Assembly (NCBI GenBank): GCA_034115825.1
Contig: JAXESU010000002.1
Span: forward strand, 79,226-143,225
DNA: 64,000 nt
Source: Bacilli bacterium
GTDB taxonomy: Bacteria; Bacillota_I; Bacilli_A; RFN20; UBA1709
Direction: 5' to 3'
The notes beneath the pieces were generated by a model. That model did no database searches. It saw nothing but the letters and a program-made list of their open reading frames with translations, and was not told the DNA's origin. Made by a program: the position numbers and the translations under genes. The first letter of the stretch is position 1; the number at the start of each line of letters is the position of its first letter. Below are positions 37,739-49,082 of this stretch, one piece after another.

Positions 37739-38368
37739 ATGAACTACTTTGATTGGAAAAAAGCTCTATTAAACTATTATAAAAGCCTCGAATTAACGGA
37801 AAATGATGTTATGATCATATATTTAATTGCCTTTTTAATTGAAAATGAAGAATGTTTGGTAACTCCTGATTTAATTGCCTTAAAAGCTACTCTTAAATAT
37901 GAAGTTATTGATGATATATTAGATAGCTTAATGCAAAAAAAGTACGTTACTACAATTAGTAAAGATGGTAAAATAATTACTTCTCTTGAATCTTTAAAAC
38001 GCATCTTATTTGAACTATACTTATTAGATGAAAATAATGCCAAAAAGAGCAATCAAGAAAAGCAAACAGAAATATTGAAAATGATTGAACAGACTTTTGC
38101 TCGTCCTTTGTCATTTATCGAAGTCAATATGATTAACGAATGGTTAATTGATGGATATAGTAAAGAAATAATTCTTTTTGCTTTAAAAGAAGCCATAAGT
38201 CGCAAAATTAAATCAATTAATTACATTGATAAAATCTTATTAGAATGGAAAAAACAAGAAGAACGTCGAAATGAAGGATATACTACTATTACCGATAATT
38301 GGAAAAAAGATATTAGTGAATCAAACAAAATTACTGACTTAAATTGGATTGGTAAAAAAGATGTCTAA
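37739..38368 (+). CDS. dnaD: Replication initiation/membrane attachment protein DnaD
   Basis: 209 aa with DnaD-like C-terminal domain (FARPLSFIEVNMINEWL...). Conserved dnaD-nth synteny as in Bacillus. Confidence 0.7.
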   Translation: MNYFDWKKALLNYYKSLELTENDVMIIYLIAFLIENEECLVTPDLIALKATLKYEVIDDILDSLMQKKYVTTISKDGKIITSLESLKRILFELYLLDENNAKKSNQEKQTEILKMIEQTFARPLSFIEVNMINEWLIDGYSKEIILFALKEAISRKIKSINYIDKILLEWKKQEERRNEGYTTITDNWKKDISESNKITDLNWIGKKDV

Positions 38369-38993
38369 TAACATCACTCTCATCCAAAATTTTTTAGATG
38401 AATTATTTCCAAATGCTGAATGTGAATTAATTCATCATAATCCTTTCGAACTATTAATCGCAGTAATTTTAAGCGCTCAAACAACCGATAAATCAGTTAA
38501 CAAAATAACTCCTTCACTATTTCAAAAATATCCAACTTGTTATGACCTTGCAAACGCCAATCTTTTAGATGTTGAAGAAATTATAAAAAGTATTGGATTA
38601 TATCACAATAAGGCTATAAATATTATAAAATGTGCTCAAGAAATAAGTACAATTTATAATGGGATTGTTCCACACACTATGGAAGAATTAACGTCTTTGA
38701 GTGGTGTTGGTCGTAAAACTAGCAATGTTGTTTTATCCGTTGCTTTTAATATCCCCGCTTTCCCAGTAGACACTCATGTTTCGCGTGTTTCTAAACGTTT
38801 AAAATTAGCAAATGAAAATGATTCTGTCCTTCAAATTGAGAAAAAACTAAATAAAAAATTCCCAAAAGAATCATGGAATAAAATGCATCATCAAATGATT
38901 TTCTTTGGTCGTTATTTTTGTAAAGCAATTAATCCAAATTGCAAAGAATGTCAATTAACTTCAATATGTAAACATTATAAAAAGGCAAAATAA
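38361..38993 (+). CDS. nth: Endonuclease III
   Basis: HhH-GPD motif (LTSLSGVGRKTSNVV) and C-terminal [4Fe-4S] cysteines CKAINPNCKECQLTSIC. The ATG at 38361 overlaps the dnaD stop (ATGTCTAA). Confidence 0.9.
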   Translation: MSNNITLIQNFLDELFPNAECELIHHNPFELLIAVILSAQTTDKSVNKITPSLFQKYPTCYDLANANLLDVEEIIKSIGLYHNKAINIIKCAQEISTIYNGIVPHTMEELTSLSGVGRKTSNVVLSVAFNIPAFPVDTHVSRVSKRLKLANENDSVLQIEKKLNKKFPKESWNKMHHQMIFFGRYFCKAINPNCKECQLTSICKHYKKAK

Positions 38994-39006
38994 TTGCCTT
39001 TTTTAA
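38980..39006. terminator. Bidirectional terminator (aaggcaa aataa ttgcctt + T-tract)
   Basis: Hairpin between convergent nth (+) and recU (-). Confidence 0.65.
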
Positions 39007-39551
39007 ATGGAATATAATTCATCAACTGCTTTAAGGTAATTAATCGTACAAACATATTCTTGTTTAACGATTTTACCTTTTTCTTTAAATAAACTTAGAG
39101 GGATTGAATGTCGGTCTAAATGTTTAAAATCATCAATATCAAGGATGTACACTTCACCAAGTTTTTTAAAGTTAACGATAATAAAAGCTAATCCACCATG
39201 CTTTTTAACTCTAATTAAATGTTCTATTTGATGTTCATGAATATTTGATAAAGGGAAAGAAGTTTTGTTAATCGTTTCTTTGGCTTCAAAATCAATATAA
39301 TAACCTTTATAAATGCCATTATAATCAGTAGTTGAAGGCATTTCAAAATAGGCTTTATCAATACATTTATGCTCATTATCCATCTTTACTACTTTGATTG
39401 ATGTTGGCTTTTTATAAATAATGGCCTTATCAATATCGCGATAATATTTGTTGGCATCATTTAACTCTTTTTCAAAGTTCATTCCACGATTTTCATAAAC
39501 ATTTGTTGCTACATTAGTTTTTTTCTTAACTCCACTTGGATAATTAATCAT
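39003..39551 (-). CDS. recU: Holliday junction resolvase RecU
   Basis: 182 aa RecU family (N-terminal MINYPSG..., catalytic D/E-K region YIDFEAKE). Confidence 0.8.
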   Translation of the reverse strand: MINYPSGVKKKTNVATNVYENRGMNFEKELNDANKYYRDIDKAIIYKKPTSIKVVKMDNEHKCIDKAYFEMPSTTDYNGIYKGYYIDFEAKETINKTSFPLSNIHEHQIEHLIRVKKHGGLAFIIVNFKKLGEVYILDIDDFKHLDRHSIPLSLFKEKGKIVKQEYVCTINYLKAVDELYSI

Positions 39552-39631
39552 TTTTCCACACCCTTTTTAATTATAATAGCATATTTTTTGCGATTATATT
39601 TTAAAATAATTTAAAATATGATAAGATTATA

Positions 39632-39978
39632 TTGTATCAATTCTGGTAATCGCTGCTTTTTAAGTAGAGGAAAGTCCATGCTCGCACAAACTGAGATGTT
39701 TGTAGTGATTGTGCTAGTTTAATAAATAAGGCTAGGTAGAACTTGTTCTAACGGCGGATGATGACCTAAATCTATTTTTTAGACATGGTCTAGTCCATAA
39801 AGTGCCACAGTGACGAAGTTTATGGGAAACTATAAAGTGGAACGTTGGTAAACCCCACAAGCGAGAAACCCAAATTTTGGTAGGGGAACTTCTAAAGAGG
39901 AAATGAACTTATAAGAAGATGCTTTATGCATAGATAAATGATTACCTAATACAGAACATGGCTTATAGATTGATACTT
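39632..39978 (+). ncRNA. rnpB: RNase P RNA, bacterial type B
   Basis: Near-identical blocks to B. subtilis RNase P RNA: GGUAAUCGCUGC, GUAGAGGAAAGUCCAUGCUCGCAC, AAGUGCCACAGUGACGAAGU, GUGGAACG.GGUAAACCCC.CGAGCGAGAAACCCAAAUUUUGGUAGGGGAAC, ACAGAACAUGGCUUAUAGA. The 5'/3' ends pair (GUAUCAAUUCU / AGAUUGAUAC). Confidence 0.9.
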
Positions 39979-40000
39979 TATAATTGGAGGTAAAATACAA

Positions 40001-40591
40001 ATGAAATGGTTTACTAAAATGAATTTACCAAACAAATTAACAATGATTCGAATGTTTTGCGTTATTTTAATGCTAATTGTTTTCTTTATCGATGGTCCTA
40101 AATTCACTATTTTTGATACTGAATTTAGCGTCACTCGTCTCATTGTTCTTATTTTATTTGCATTTGGATCATTTACTGATTTCCTTGATGGTCATATTGC
40201 ACGTAAAAATAATATTGTTACAACATTTGGTAAATTTATGGATCCAATTGCTGATAAACTATTAGTTAACTCTTTATTTATTTTATTAACAGCAACCGGT
40301 GAAATACCATCAATTTGTACAGTCATTTTTATTGGAAGAGATATTATTGTTGATTCAGTTAGAATGATTTGTGTCGAAAAACAAATTGTCATTGCTGCAT
40401 CTAAATGGGGTAAGTTAAAAACTGTTTTACAAATGATTGCTTTAATCACTACCCTAATTATTTATCCATTTGGTGGAGTATGCACAACCATTTCTTTAGT
40501 ATTAGTTATTTTAGCTACTATAGCTTCATTATTTTCTGGCATTGATTATGTTTATAAAAATCGTAAAACTGTTTTTGAGGGGATGAATTAA
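40001..40591 (+). CDS. pgsA: CDP-diacylglycerol--glycerol-3-phosphate 3-phosphatidyltransferase
   Basis: CDP-alcohol phosphatidyltransferase motif DFLDGHIAR...G...DPIADK. 196 aa. Confidence 0.9.
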   Translation: MKWFTKMNLPNKLTMIRMFCVILMLIVFFIDGPKFTIFDTEFSVTRLIVLILFAFGSFTDFLDGHIARKNNIVTTFGKFMDPIADKLLVNSLFILLTATGEIPSICTVIFIGRDIIVDSVRMICVEKQIVIAASKWGKLKTVLQMIALITTLIIYPFGGVCTTISLVLVILATIASLFSGIDYVYKNRKTVFEGMN

Positions 40592-40592
40592 T

Positions 40593-41087
40593 ATGTCAAG
40601 TGTTGAAGAATTATTAAATTTATTGATTGCTAACAATTATAGCATTTCTAGTTGTGAATCATTTACTGGTGGAATGTTTGCTAACGAAATCACTAATATT
40701 GCTAACGCCTCTAAAGTATATAAAGGAAGCATTATTTCCTACCAAAATGAAATTAAAGAAAATGTCGTCGGCGTAAATAGTGAAACCTTGAATACTGTTG
40801 GTGCTATTAGTTATGAGTGTGCTCAACAAATGGCTAAAAACACTAAAAAATTATTCAATTCTGATATATGTATTTCCTTCACTGGCAATGCCGGACCTAA
40901 TCCTTCCGAAGATAAAGAAGTTGGTCTTGTTTATATGGGATTAGCTTTTGATGATGAATTAATTGTTTATAAACTTAACTTTGAAGGCTCACGACATGAA
41001 ATCAAAGAAAAATCAATTAACTTTATTTGTGAAAGATTAATTCAAAAAATTAAGGAAAAAGAACAAAACGAAGATATTATTATTTAA
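40593..41087 (+). CDS. cinA: CinA C-terminal domain protein (nicotinamide-nucleotide amidohydrolase PncC-like)
   Basis: 164 aa. SCESFTGGMFA motif of CinA_C. Conserved pgsA-cinA-recA order. Confidence 0.8.
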   Translation: MSSVEELLNLLIANNYSISSCESFTGGMFANEITNIANASKVYKGSIISYQNEIKENVVGVNSETLNTVGAISYECAQQMAKNTKKLFNSDICISFTGNAGPNPSEDKEVGLVYMGLAFDDELIVYKLNFEGSRHEIKEKSINFICERLIQKIKEKEQNEDIII

Positions 41088-41104
41088 AGAGGTAATTAGA
41101 AAAT

Positions 41105-42109
41105 ATGAAAGATGATACAAAAAAGATTAATCCAGATGAAAGTTTAAAAAATACATTACGCGACATTCAAAAAGCTTTCGGTTCTGGCAGCGTTATGTTA
41201 TTAGGTGAAAAAAGCGACATTAATCAAGATGTTATTCCATCAGGATCATTAGCTCTTGACTATGCTTTAGGTGTTGGTGGATACCCAAAAGGACGTATTA
41301 TTGAAATTTATGGTCCCGAATCAAGTGGTAAAACAACTGTCGCTCTTCACGCGATAGCTGAATGCCAAAAAATGGGAGGTAAAGCTGCTTTTATCGACGC
41401 TGAACAAGCTATTGATCCAGCCTATGCCCGTAAATTAGGTGTTAATATTGATGAACTTATTTTGTCGCAACCAGACTCGGGTGAACAAGCTTTAGAAATT
41501 ACCGACATGTTAATTAAATCAAATGCGATTGATTTAGTTGTTGTCGATTCAGTTGCTGCCCTAGTTCCTCAAGCTGAACTTGATGGTGAAATGATGGATT
41601 CACAAATGGGCCTTCAAGCTCGTCTTATGTCTAAAGGTTTAAGAAAGATTGCTGGTAACTTAAATAAGACTAATTGTACAATCATTTTTATCAACCAATT
41701 ACGTGAAAAGATTGGTGTTATGTATGGTAATCCCGAAACAACAACTGGTGGTCGCGCTTTAAAATTCTATGCAACTATTAGAATTGAAGTTCGTCGTGCA
41801 GATGCTATTAAATTAGGTAGTGATATTATTGGTAATAATGTCAATTTAAAAATTGTTAAAAACAAAGTTGCTCCACCATTTAAAAATGCCACTGTTGAAA
41901 TTATGTATGGTGAAGGCATTTCTCGTTTTAGTGAAGTTATCGATTTGGCCGTCAATTTTGATATTGTTAAAAAATCAGGCTCTTGGTACTCATATAACGA
42001 TGAAAAAATTGGTCAAGGAAAAGATGCTGTTAAAGCCTTCTTAAAAGAACATCAAGATATCTATAATAATGTTTATGATAAAGTAAAAGAAAAATTATTT
42101 ACAAAATAA
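41105..42109 (+). CDS. recA: Recombinase RecA
   Basis: 334 aa. GPESSGKTT Walker A. Overall RecA sequence. Confidence 0.97.
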   Translation: MKDDTKKINPDESLKNTLRDIQKAFGSGSVMLLGEKSDINQDVIPSGSLALDYALGVGGYPKGRIIEIYGPESSGKTTVALHAIAECQKMGGKAAFIDAEQAIDPAYARKLGVNIDELILSQPDSGEQALEITDMLIKSNAIDLVVVDSVAALVPQAELDGEMMDSQMGLQARLMSKGLRKIAGNLNKTNCTIIFINQLREKIGVMYGNPETTTGGRALKFYATIRIEVRRADAIKLGSDIIGNNVNLKIVKNKVAPPFKNATVEIMYGEGISRFSEVIDLAVNFDIVKKSGSWYSYNDEKIGQGKDAVKAFLKEHQDIYNNVYDKVKEKLFTK

Positions 42110-42140
42110 AAAGATAGGAAAATTTCCTATCTTTTTTTAT
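42110..42140. terminator. Bidirectional terminator (agatagga aaattt cctatct + T8)
   Basis: Perfect hairpin after recA, between convergent genes. Confidence 0.75.
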
Positions 42141-42517
42141 TATGCCTTTTTAAATATTTCGATTGCACTTGGACTAATTGATAAGAAGACACAATTGCCA
42201 TTTACGACATCTAAATCTTTAACTAAATTCAAGATTGCTTTTACATCTTCACCAACTGTTTCATCTTTCTTTAAGTCATCAATTGCTTCACTAACATCTT
42301 TATTTTTAGCTAGTTCAATAATAACACCTGCATCTAAACCTTTATGAACAAAAATCATTGATTTAACTACATCTTGACTTTCTTCACTGATTTCCATCTT
42401 TTCAACTGTATAATCATTCTTTTCAAATGCTCTAGTTATTGAATCAACTTTGGCACATCCAACTAATAAAAATAAAGCTAAAGCTAGTGCACTTAAGGTC
42501 ATCGAGATTTTTTTCAT
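42140..42517 (-). CDS. Small lipoprotein of unknown function
   Basis: 125 aa with a signal peptide and LLVGC lipobox. Confidence 0.55.
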   Translation of the reverse strand: MKKISMTLSALALALFLLVGCAKVDSITRAFEKNDYTVEKMEISEESQDVVKSMIFVHKGLDAGVIIELAKNKDVSEAIDDLKKDETVGEDVKAILNLVKDLDVVNGNCVFLSISPSAIEIFKKA

Positions 42518-42713
42518 TATAAATTCCCCCTTATTTGATACTTTTATTATAACACCATCACCATTATAAACAACAAAGACCGCTTCTTTTCAAATATCAT
42601 TTAAAATTGCGATTAAATAAAAAAATAATTATTGATTTGATAACAAAGCAAGAAAAGTATATAATTATAATGTATGTTAAATACACTAGATAAATTTAAT
42701 AGGAGGAAACAAT

Positions 42714-44282
42714 ATGTATTTTTTAAGCATTAATGAAGTGGTGCTTCCTCTTATCGTTGGTATACTGTGTTTAATTGTTGGGTTATTAGTCGCCCGTTTT
42801 ATTCCATTTTTAGGAATTAAAGATGCTCAAAAAAAATCTAAAAAAATTATCAAAGAAGCTGAAAATAAAGCTGAACAAATTACTCGTAGTGCCCAAGTTG
42901 AAGGTAAAACTTTAGTATATGAATTAAAAGTTGAAGCTGAAAAAGAAATTAAAGAAAAGAAGAAAGAAGTCACTGACTATGAAAATAAATTGACTCAAAG
43001 AGAACAAAATATCGATCGTCGTGACCTTGCATTACAAAGTAAAGAAGATAATTTAGATTTAAAAAATGAACAATTAAATAAAAGATTAACTGATATTGAT
43101 AAGAAAGAAGCTGAACTTAATCAAAAAATTGATTCAATTATTGTTGAATTAGAAAGAGTCGCAAGTCTTTCCACTACTGAAGCTAAAAACGAATTATTTA
43201 AACGAGTCGAAGAAAAAATGGCCCAAGAAGTTGCTTCTTATATCAAAAATAAAGAAGAAGAAGCAAGAGAAGTTGCTAATGATAAAGCTCGTGAATTATT
43301 AGGATTAGCTGTTCAAAAATACTCTCAAGAAGTTGCTAGCGAAAAAACTGTTTCAGTTGTTAGCTTACCTAGCGATGATTTAAAAGGTCGTATTATTGGT
43401 CGTGAAGGACGCAATATTCGTGCACTTGAACAATTAACAGGAGCCGATTTAATTATTGATGATACTCCTGAAGTAATTACTATTTCTTGTTTTGATCCAA
43501 TTAGACGTGAAACTGCTCGTCTATCTTTAGAATATTTAATTAAAGATGGTCGTATTCAGCCAGGAAGAATTGAAGAAATTGTTGAAAAAGTAAAAGCTGA
43601 AATTGATGAATCAGTTAAAAAAGCTGGTGAAGAAGCTTTATTCAAATTAGGTATTTCTCGTATTAATCGTGAGTTCGTTACATACATTGGTAAATTAAAG
43701 TATCGTACAAGTTATGGTCAAAATGCTTTACAACACTCAATGGAAGTTGCTTATTTAGCAGGTATTATGGCTGCTGAATTAGGTTTAGATCAAAATCTAG
43801 CTCGTCGTGCTGGTTTATTACATGATATTGGTAAATCAGTTGACTACGAAATGGAAGGATCTCATATCGAAATTGGTGCTCGTTTAGCTAAAAAATATGG
43901 TGAACCTCAAGTTGTTATTAATGCAATTGAATCTCACCACGGTGATGTTCCTGCTGATAACGTTATTTCAAATCTTGTTGCTGCTGCTGATACTTTAAGT
44001 GCTGCTCGTCCAGGCGCAAGAAGTGAAACTTTAGAAAACTACATTAAACGTATTGAACAACTTGAAGAAATTTCTAAATCATTTGAAGGTGTTGCTAGTG
44101 CATATGCTATTCAAGCTGGTCGTGAAATTCGCATTATGGTTGCTCCAGATAAAGTTGACGATATCAAAGCCTTTAAATTAGCTCGTGATATAAGAGAAAA
44201 AATTGAAAACGAATTAACTTATCCAGGACAAATTAAAGTTACTGTTGTAAGAGAAGTTCGTGCTAATGAATTAGCTAAATAG
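42714..44282 (+). CDS. rny: Ribonuclease Y
   Basis: 522 aa. N-terminal TM, coiled coil, KH domain ([12 protein letters not shown]), HD domain ([13 protein letters not shown]...HDIGK). Confidence 0.95.
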   Translation: MYFLSINEVVLPLIVGILCLIVGLLVARFIPFLGIKDAQKKSKKIIKEAENKAEQITRSAQVEGKTLVYELKVEAEKEIKEKKKEVTDYENKLTQREQNIDRRDLALQSKEDNLDLKNEQLNKRLTDIDKKEAELNQKIDSIIVELERVASLSTTEAKNELFKRVEEKMAQEVASYIKNKEEEAREVANDKARELLGLAVQKYSQEVASEKTVSVVSLPSDDLKGRIIGREGRNIRALEQLTGADLIIDDTPEVITISCFDPIRRETARLSLEYLIKDGRIQPGRIEEIVEKVKAEIDESVKKAGEEALFKLGISRINREFVTYIGKLKYRTSYGQNALQHSMEVAYLAGIMAAELGLDQNLARRAGLLHDIGKSVDYEMEGSHIEIGARLAKKYGEPQVVINAIESHHGDVPADNVISNLVAAADTLSAARPGARSETLENYIKRIEQLEEISKSFEGVASAYAIQAGREIRIMVAPDKVDDIKAFKLARDIREKIENELTYPGQIKVTVVREVRANELAK

Positions 44283-44310
44283 TCTAGTATATATACTAGA
44301 CTTTTTTTAT
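44281..44310 (+). terminator. Rho-independent terminator (agtctagtatatatactagact + T7)
   Basis: 22-nt palindrome followed by a T-tract immediately after the rny stop. Confidence 0.75.
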
Positions 44311-44384
44311 TATTAACAAAACATATTCGTTTTACAATTATCACTATTTGCGATATAATTATATAATCGTAAGGGGGCAAGATT

Positions 44385-45173
44385 ATGAATATTTTATTCA
44401 TTGGCGATATCGTTTCAAAAGTCGGAAGACAAATGGTGGAACGTTACTTACCTTTAATTAAACAAAAATATCCAATCGACGTTGTTATTGCAAATGGTGA
44501 AAATGTTGCTCATGGTAAAGGTATTAACCAAGCAACATATAATAAATTAATTGCTTTAGGGATCGATATTATCACTATGGGTAATCATTTTGCTGCTAAA
44601 GTCGAAACAAATACCTTTTATAAAAATGCTACCAAAATGGTTAGACCTTTAAATATCCATCCTAGTGCATGTGGAGTTGGCAGTCGTGTTTTTGATATTA
44701 ACGGGCAAAAATTACGAGTTACCAATCTTTTAGGAAGAGTCTTTATTAATGAATTAAACCCTTCTAATCCTTTTGATGCTTTTGATAAACTATTAGAAAC
44801 AAGTAATGAAACTTTTCACTTTGTTGATTTTCACGCAGAAGCTACTGCCGAAAAAATCGCTTTTGCTTGGAACTATGATGGAAAGATTTCTTGTGTTGTT
44901 GGTACACATACACATGTTCAAACAGCAGATGAAAGAATATTACCGAATGGTACAGGGTTTTTATGTGATGTCGGTATGACTGGTGCAACTGATGGAATTA
45001 TTGGTGCTCGTAAAGAGCCAATGATTTATCGTGTACGTACTGGTTTACCAGCTAAATATGAAGTTGCTGAAGGAAACGGTATGCTTAATGCTTGTTATAT
45101 CACTTTAGATGAATCTGGTAAAACGACATCGATTAAACGTATCTATTTATCTTCTTTTAAAGAAGAATTTTAA
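44385..45173 (+). CDS. ymdB: YmdB-family metallophosphoesterase (2',3'-cyclic-nucleotide phosphodiesterase)
   Basis: 262 aa. N-terminal ILFIGDIV..GR and NGENVAHGKG motifs. Conserved rny-ymdB adjacency. Confidence 0.85.
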   Translation: MNILFIGDIVSKVGRQMVERYLPLIKQKYPIDVVIANGENVAHGKGINQATYNKLIALGIDIITMGNHFAAKVETNTFYKNATKMVRPLNIHPSACGVGSRVFDINGQKLRVTNLLGRVFINELNPSNPFDAFDKLLETSNETFHFVDFHAEATAEKIAFAWNYDGKISCVVGTHTHVQTADERILPNGTGFLCDVGMTGATDGIIGARKEPMIYRVRTGLPAKYEVAEGNGMLNACYITLDESGKTTSIKRIYLSSFKEEF

Positions 45174-45199
45174 TACAACTACTTAAGGGGGAATGAAAA

Positions 45200-45931
45200 A
45201 TGATTGAAATTAAAAATGTTACCAAAAAATTTGGTGATAAAGTAGCTGTTAATGATTTAACTTTAACTTTAAATAATGGCGAAATTTTTGGCTTTATCGG
45301 TCCTAATGGTGCCGGTAAATCAACTACGATTAAAATGATTACTGGGGTAAGTGAACTTGATAATGGTTCCATAAGTATCGATAATTTTGATATTGTTAAA
45401 AATCCATTAGAAGCTAAAAAGCAATTTGGTTTTGTTCCAGATAATCCTGATTTGTTTTTACGTCTTAAAGGTATTGAATACTTAAACTTTATTGGTGATA
45501 TTTATGAAGTAAATAAAGATGTCCGTCAAAAACGCATCGAAGAATTATCAAAAAAGTTTGAAATTAATGATGTTTTAAATGATCGTATTCAATCTTATTC
45601 TCATGGTATGAGACAAAAAATTGTTTTAATTGGTGCCCTTCTTTCTGAACCTCGTGTTTGGATTCTTGATGAGCCAATGACTGGATTGGACCCAAAAGCT
45701 TCATTCATTTTAAAAGAAATGATGAAAGAACACGCTTCAAAAGGCTATACGGTATTCTTTTCAACTCACGTTTTAGAAGTTGCTGAAAAATTATGTGATC
45801 GTATCGGTATTATCAATAATGGTAAATTAGTCTATTGTGGAACAATGGATGAGTTAAAAGAAAAATATCAAGGAATGGATTTAGAACAAATATTCTTAAC
45901 TATCACAAAAGAAGGTAATAGTAATGAGTAA
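45200..45931 (+). CDS. ABC transporter ATP-binding protein
   Basis: GPNGAGKSTT Walker A. LSGGMRQK-like signature (YSHGMRQKIVLIGAL). 243 aa. Confidence 0.85.
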   Translation: MIEIKNVTKKFGDKVAVNDLTLTLNNGEIFGFIGPNGAGKSTTIKMITGVSELDNGSISIDNFDIVKNPLEAKKQFGFVPDNPDLFLRLKGIEYLNFIGDIYEVNKDVRQKRIEELSKKFEINDVLNDRIQSYSHGMRQKIVLIGALLSEPRVWILDEPMTGLDPKASFILKEMMKEHASKGYTVFFSTHVLEVAEKLCDRIGIINNGKLVYCGTMDELKEKYQGMDLEQIFLTITKEGNSNE

Positions 45932-47624
45932 ACTATTTTCTTTAATTAAAGTAACTCTCAAATCTTCTCCATTTTTCCAAACTTCTTCGCCAAAAAAGAA
46001 AAACGAAAAAGAAAATTACAAAAAGCAAACAATTGGCACTATTATAATTTTTGCTTTATTGTTTACTGTTGTTGCTCTTCCTTTTGGATATATTAGTTAT
46101 GAAATGGGAAAGGTTATTACTAATTTAGAAGTTAATATTTTTAAGGTTTTAATTCCTGGATCGGCTATTTTAATTGCTTTTACTAGTTTACCTTTTATTG
46201 TTTCAACTCTATACTTACAAGATGATACTAAAAATTTATTATACTTACCAATTTCTTCAAAAGATATTTATTTATCACGTGTTGTTGTAACTATTCTACA
46301 ATCTTATTATTTTGTTGGATTATTTTTCCTTCCAGCTATTCTTGGATTATTAATTGGTATGAATGTCACGATTGATATTTATATTTATGGTGTTTTATTT
46401 ATTATTTTATCACCTGTTTTACCAGTTATTATCTTCGGATTATTTTTTGCTCTTATTTCTAAAGTCTTTAATCTTCGTGCTCATAAAACTGCTTTAAGTA
46501 TTATTACAATGTTTTTCCCACTCATTATTATGATTGGCTTTCAATTAATTAGTCAAAACATTGATACTTCAACAATTGATCCTAATGACGTTGTTGCTTA
46601 CTTAACTACTTTAGTAAATAATACTGGAGATATTTTATCAATCATTATGTTTGCGTATATTCCAAGCATTTTATCTTTAAGCGCTTCGTCTTATTTATTA
46701 AGACTAGTTTATATGCTTCTTTCAATAATTGTAATTATTGGTTTAGCTATTTTGATCTCATTAGTCTCATCTAAACTATATTATCGTAGTTTACTTCAAG
46801 ATGAAGGAGTAAAACGTTCAAAGAAAAAAGTGAATGTTAAAGATTATAAGTCTTCTTCGAGCTTAAAATCACTATTTAAAGCCGAAGTTAAAGAAATTAA
46901 TCGTTCTCCTGTTTATTTCTTTAATCTAGTCTTCCCTACCATTTTAGTTCCATTAATCTTATTAATTTCTTTTGGATATGGTTTTATATCAAATGGTGGT
47001 GGAAATATTGAAAATATTATTTTACAATTAAAAACACTTGTTACTTTTAAAGATCCGATTATTGTTGCGATTGCTTTAGGCGTTGTCTTATTTTTAACAT
47101 CAACAACTTTAACATCTGTTACGGCTATTTCAAGAATGGGTACAAATGCTTACTTTGTTAAAATGATTCCTGTTAAGCCAATTACTATCATCATTAGTAA
47201 AATATTATATGGAGTTATTTTATCATTATTCTTAGCTGTTATTGTTATTGTTGGTTTAACTGTAACATCAATTGTTTCAATTTTTGATGCGATATTCTTC
47301 TTAATCTCTTTAGTTTCATTAATTGTCTTCTTTAATTTCTTTGGTATTTATTTAGATTTAAGAAAGCCAAGATTAGAATGGTTAAATGAAACGCAAGTGG
47401 CTAAAAATAGTATTACTTCATTCATTTATTTATTAATTGTTTGGGGAGCAATTTTAGTTTTAGTTGGCTTAGTTTTTGCTCTTAATGCTTTAAATACTGT
47501 TTTACCATTTGGCTATTATGGTTATATTTTATTATTAATTATTTTAATTTTATCACTAGTTGGAAATTATCTATTCTATCGATATTTCAATCGTTCATGT
47601 AACGAAGTCTTTAAAACATTTTAA
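45924..47624 (+). CDS. ABC-2 type transporter permease (multi-TM, 566 aa)
   Basis: 12 or more predicted TM helices. Start overlaps the upstream ATPase by 8 nt. Confidence 0.6.
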   Translation: MSKLFSLIKVTLKSSPFFQTSSPKKKNEKENYKKQTIGTIIIFALLFTVVALPFGYISYEMGKVITNLEVNIFKVLIPGSAILIAFTSLPFIVSTLYLQDDTKNLLYLPISSKDIYLSRVVVTILQSYYFVGLFFLPAILGLLIGMNVTIDIYIYGVLFIILSPVLPVIIFGLFFALISKVFNLRAHKTALSIITMFFPLIIMIGFQLISQNIDTSTIDPNDVVAYLTTLVNNTGDILSIIMFAYIPSILSLSASSYLLRLVYMLLSIIVIIGLAILISLVSSKLYYRSLLQDEGVKRSKKKVNVKDYKSSSSLKSLFKAEVKEINRSPVYFFNLVFPTILVPLILLISFGYGFISNGGGNIENIILQLKTLVTFKDPIIVAIALGVVLFLTSTTLTSVTAISRMGTNAYFVKMIPVKPITIIISKILYGVILSLFLAVIVIVGLTVTSIVSIFDAIFFLISLVSLIVFFNFFGIYLDLRKPRLEWLNETQVAKNSITSFIYLLIVWGAILVLVGLVFALNALNTVLPFGYYGYILLLIILILSLVGNYLFYRYFNRSCNEVFKTF

Positions 47625-47639
47625 TTAAGGAGGTAAATA

Positions 47640-49082
47640 ATGGAAAAAGATTACTCTAAATATTTTATGCCTGATCTAAAAAAAGCAGGTTTAAGAAGTA
47701 AAAGTAGTACTGAATTTATTTATGATGATTTAGTTATTCCTGAAGCATTAAAAGAAATTGCCAAAGGAAGAAAATACTTAGTTCGTACTTTTGGTTGTCA
47801 AGCCAATGAAAGAGATGGCGAAACTTTAAATGGTATTTTTGAAGCAATTGGCTATACTCTTGCAAGTAAAGTTGATGAAGCCGATGTTATTATTTTAAAT
47901 ACTTGTGCAATTAGAGAAAATGCTGAACAACGTGTTTTTGGTGAAATTGGTAATTTAAAACGCTTAAAACAAAATAACAAAGATTTGATTTTTGGTATTT
48001 GTGGATGTATGATTCAAGAAGAACATGTTGTAAATAAAATTCTTGATAAATTCCATCAAGTAGATATTTTATTCGGTACTCACAATATTCAAAATCTTCC
48101 TTCTTTATTATTAAAAGCAATCGAAAGCAAAGAAACAGTCGTTGAAGTCTATTCTAAAGAAGGTGAAGTTATCGAGGCTTTACCAGTTAGACGTAATGAT
48201 AATTTAAAAGCTTGGGTTAACATTATGTATGGTTGTGATAAATTCTGTACATATTGTATTGTTCCATATACTCGTGGTAAAGAACGTTCTCGTAAAATGG
48301 AAGATATTTTAGAAGAGGTCCGTGAATTAAAAAACGAAGGCTATCAAGAAGTAACTTTACTAGGACAAAACGTTAATGCCTATGGTAAAGATTTAAATTT
48401 AGGTTATGAATTTGGTGACTTATTAATTGAAGTTGCTAAAACAAATATCCCTCGTATTCGTTTCACTACTTCTCACCCTTGGGATTTTAATCACAAAATG
48501 ATTGATGCCATTAGAGATTATGATAACATCATGCCATTTGTTCATCTTCCTCTTCAATCAGGAGATGATGAAATTTTAAAACGCATGGGTCGTCGTTACA
48601 CTTATGAATCATATAAAGAACTTTATAATGAAATTAGAAGTAAAGTTAAAGGTGTAAGTATTACAACTGACATCATTGTTGGTTTCCCTGGTGAAAGCGA
48701 AGAACAATTCTTAAATACTTTAAAAGCTTGTGAAGAATTATCATATGATTCAGCTTATACCTTTATTTATTCACCAAGAAATGGTACACCTGCTGCTAGA
48801 ATGAAAGACGATGTAAGTCTTGAAACGAAAAAAGAACGTTTTAATCGTTTATGTGATGTCGTCTTAAAACATGCTTTGAAGCATAATAAAGAATACGTTG
48901 GACAAACCGTTAACGTTTTAGTTGAAGGTTACTCTAAACGTAATAAAAATATCCTTTCAGGATATAGTGACTCAAATAAATTAGTTAATTTTAAAGGTGA
49001 TGAAAATAGTGTTGGTAAGATCGTTAAAGTTAAAATTACTAAAGCTAAATCTTTCACACTAGAAGGTGAACAAGTTGAATAA
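47640..49082 (+). CDS. miaB: tRNA (N6-isopentenyladenosine37) methylthiotransferase MiaB (YmcB-like)
   Basis: 480 aa. MTTase N-terminal domain, radical-SAM CDKFCTYC, C-terminal TRAM domain. Followed by ymcA as in Bacillus. Confidence 0.8.
   Translation: MEKDYSKYFMPDLKKAGLRSKSSTEFIYDDLVIPEALKEIAKGRKYLVRTFGCQANERDGETLNGIFEAIGYTLASKVDEADVIILNTCAIRENAEQRVFGEIGNLKRLKQNNKDLIFGICGCMIQEEHVVNKILDKFHQVDILFGTHNIQNLPSLLLKAIESKETVVEVYSKEGEVIEALPVRRNDNLKAWVNIMYGCDKFCTYCIVPYTRGKERSRKMEDILEEVRELKNEGYQEVTLLGQNVNAYGKDLNLGYEFGDLLIEVAKTNIPRIRFTTSHPWDFNHKMIDAIRDYDNIMPFVHLPLQSGDDEILKRMGRRYTYESYKELYNEIRSKVKGVSITTDIIVGFPGESEEQFLNTLKACEELSYDSAYTFIYSPRNGTPAARMKDDVSLETKKERFNRLCDVVLKHALKHNKEYVGQTVNVLVEGYSKRNKNILSGYSDSNKLVNFKGDENSVGKIVKVKITKAKSFTLEGEQVE

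Noticed and set aside
39552-39631. Sigma-A promoter for rnpB
   Set aside because: A plausible -10 (TATGAT at 39617-39622) exists but no convincing -35 at 17±1 nt, so it is not reported as a feature.
40077-40449. 62-aa (+) and 85-aa (-) ORFs within pgsA
   Set aside because: Frames nested in a conserved phospholipid synthase gene.
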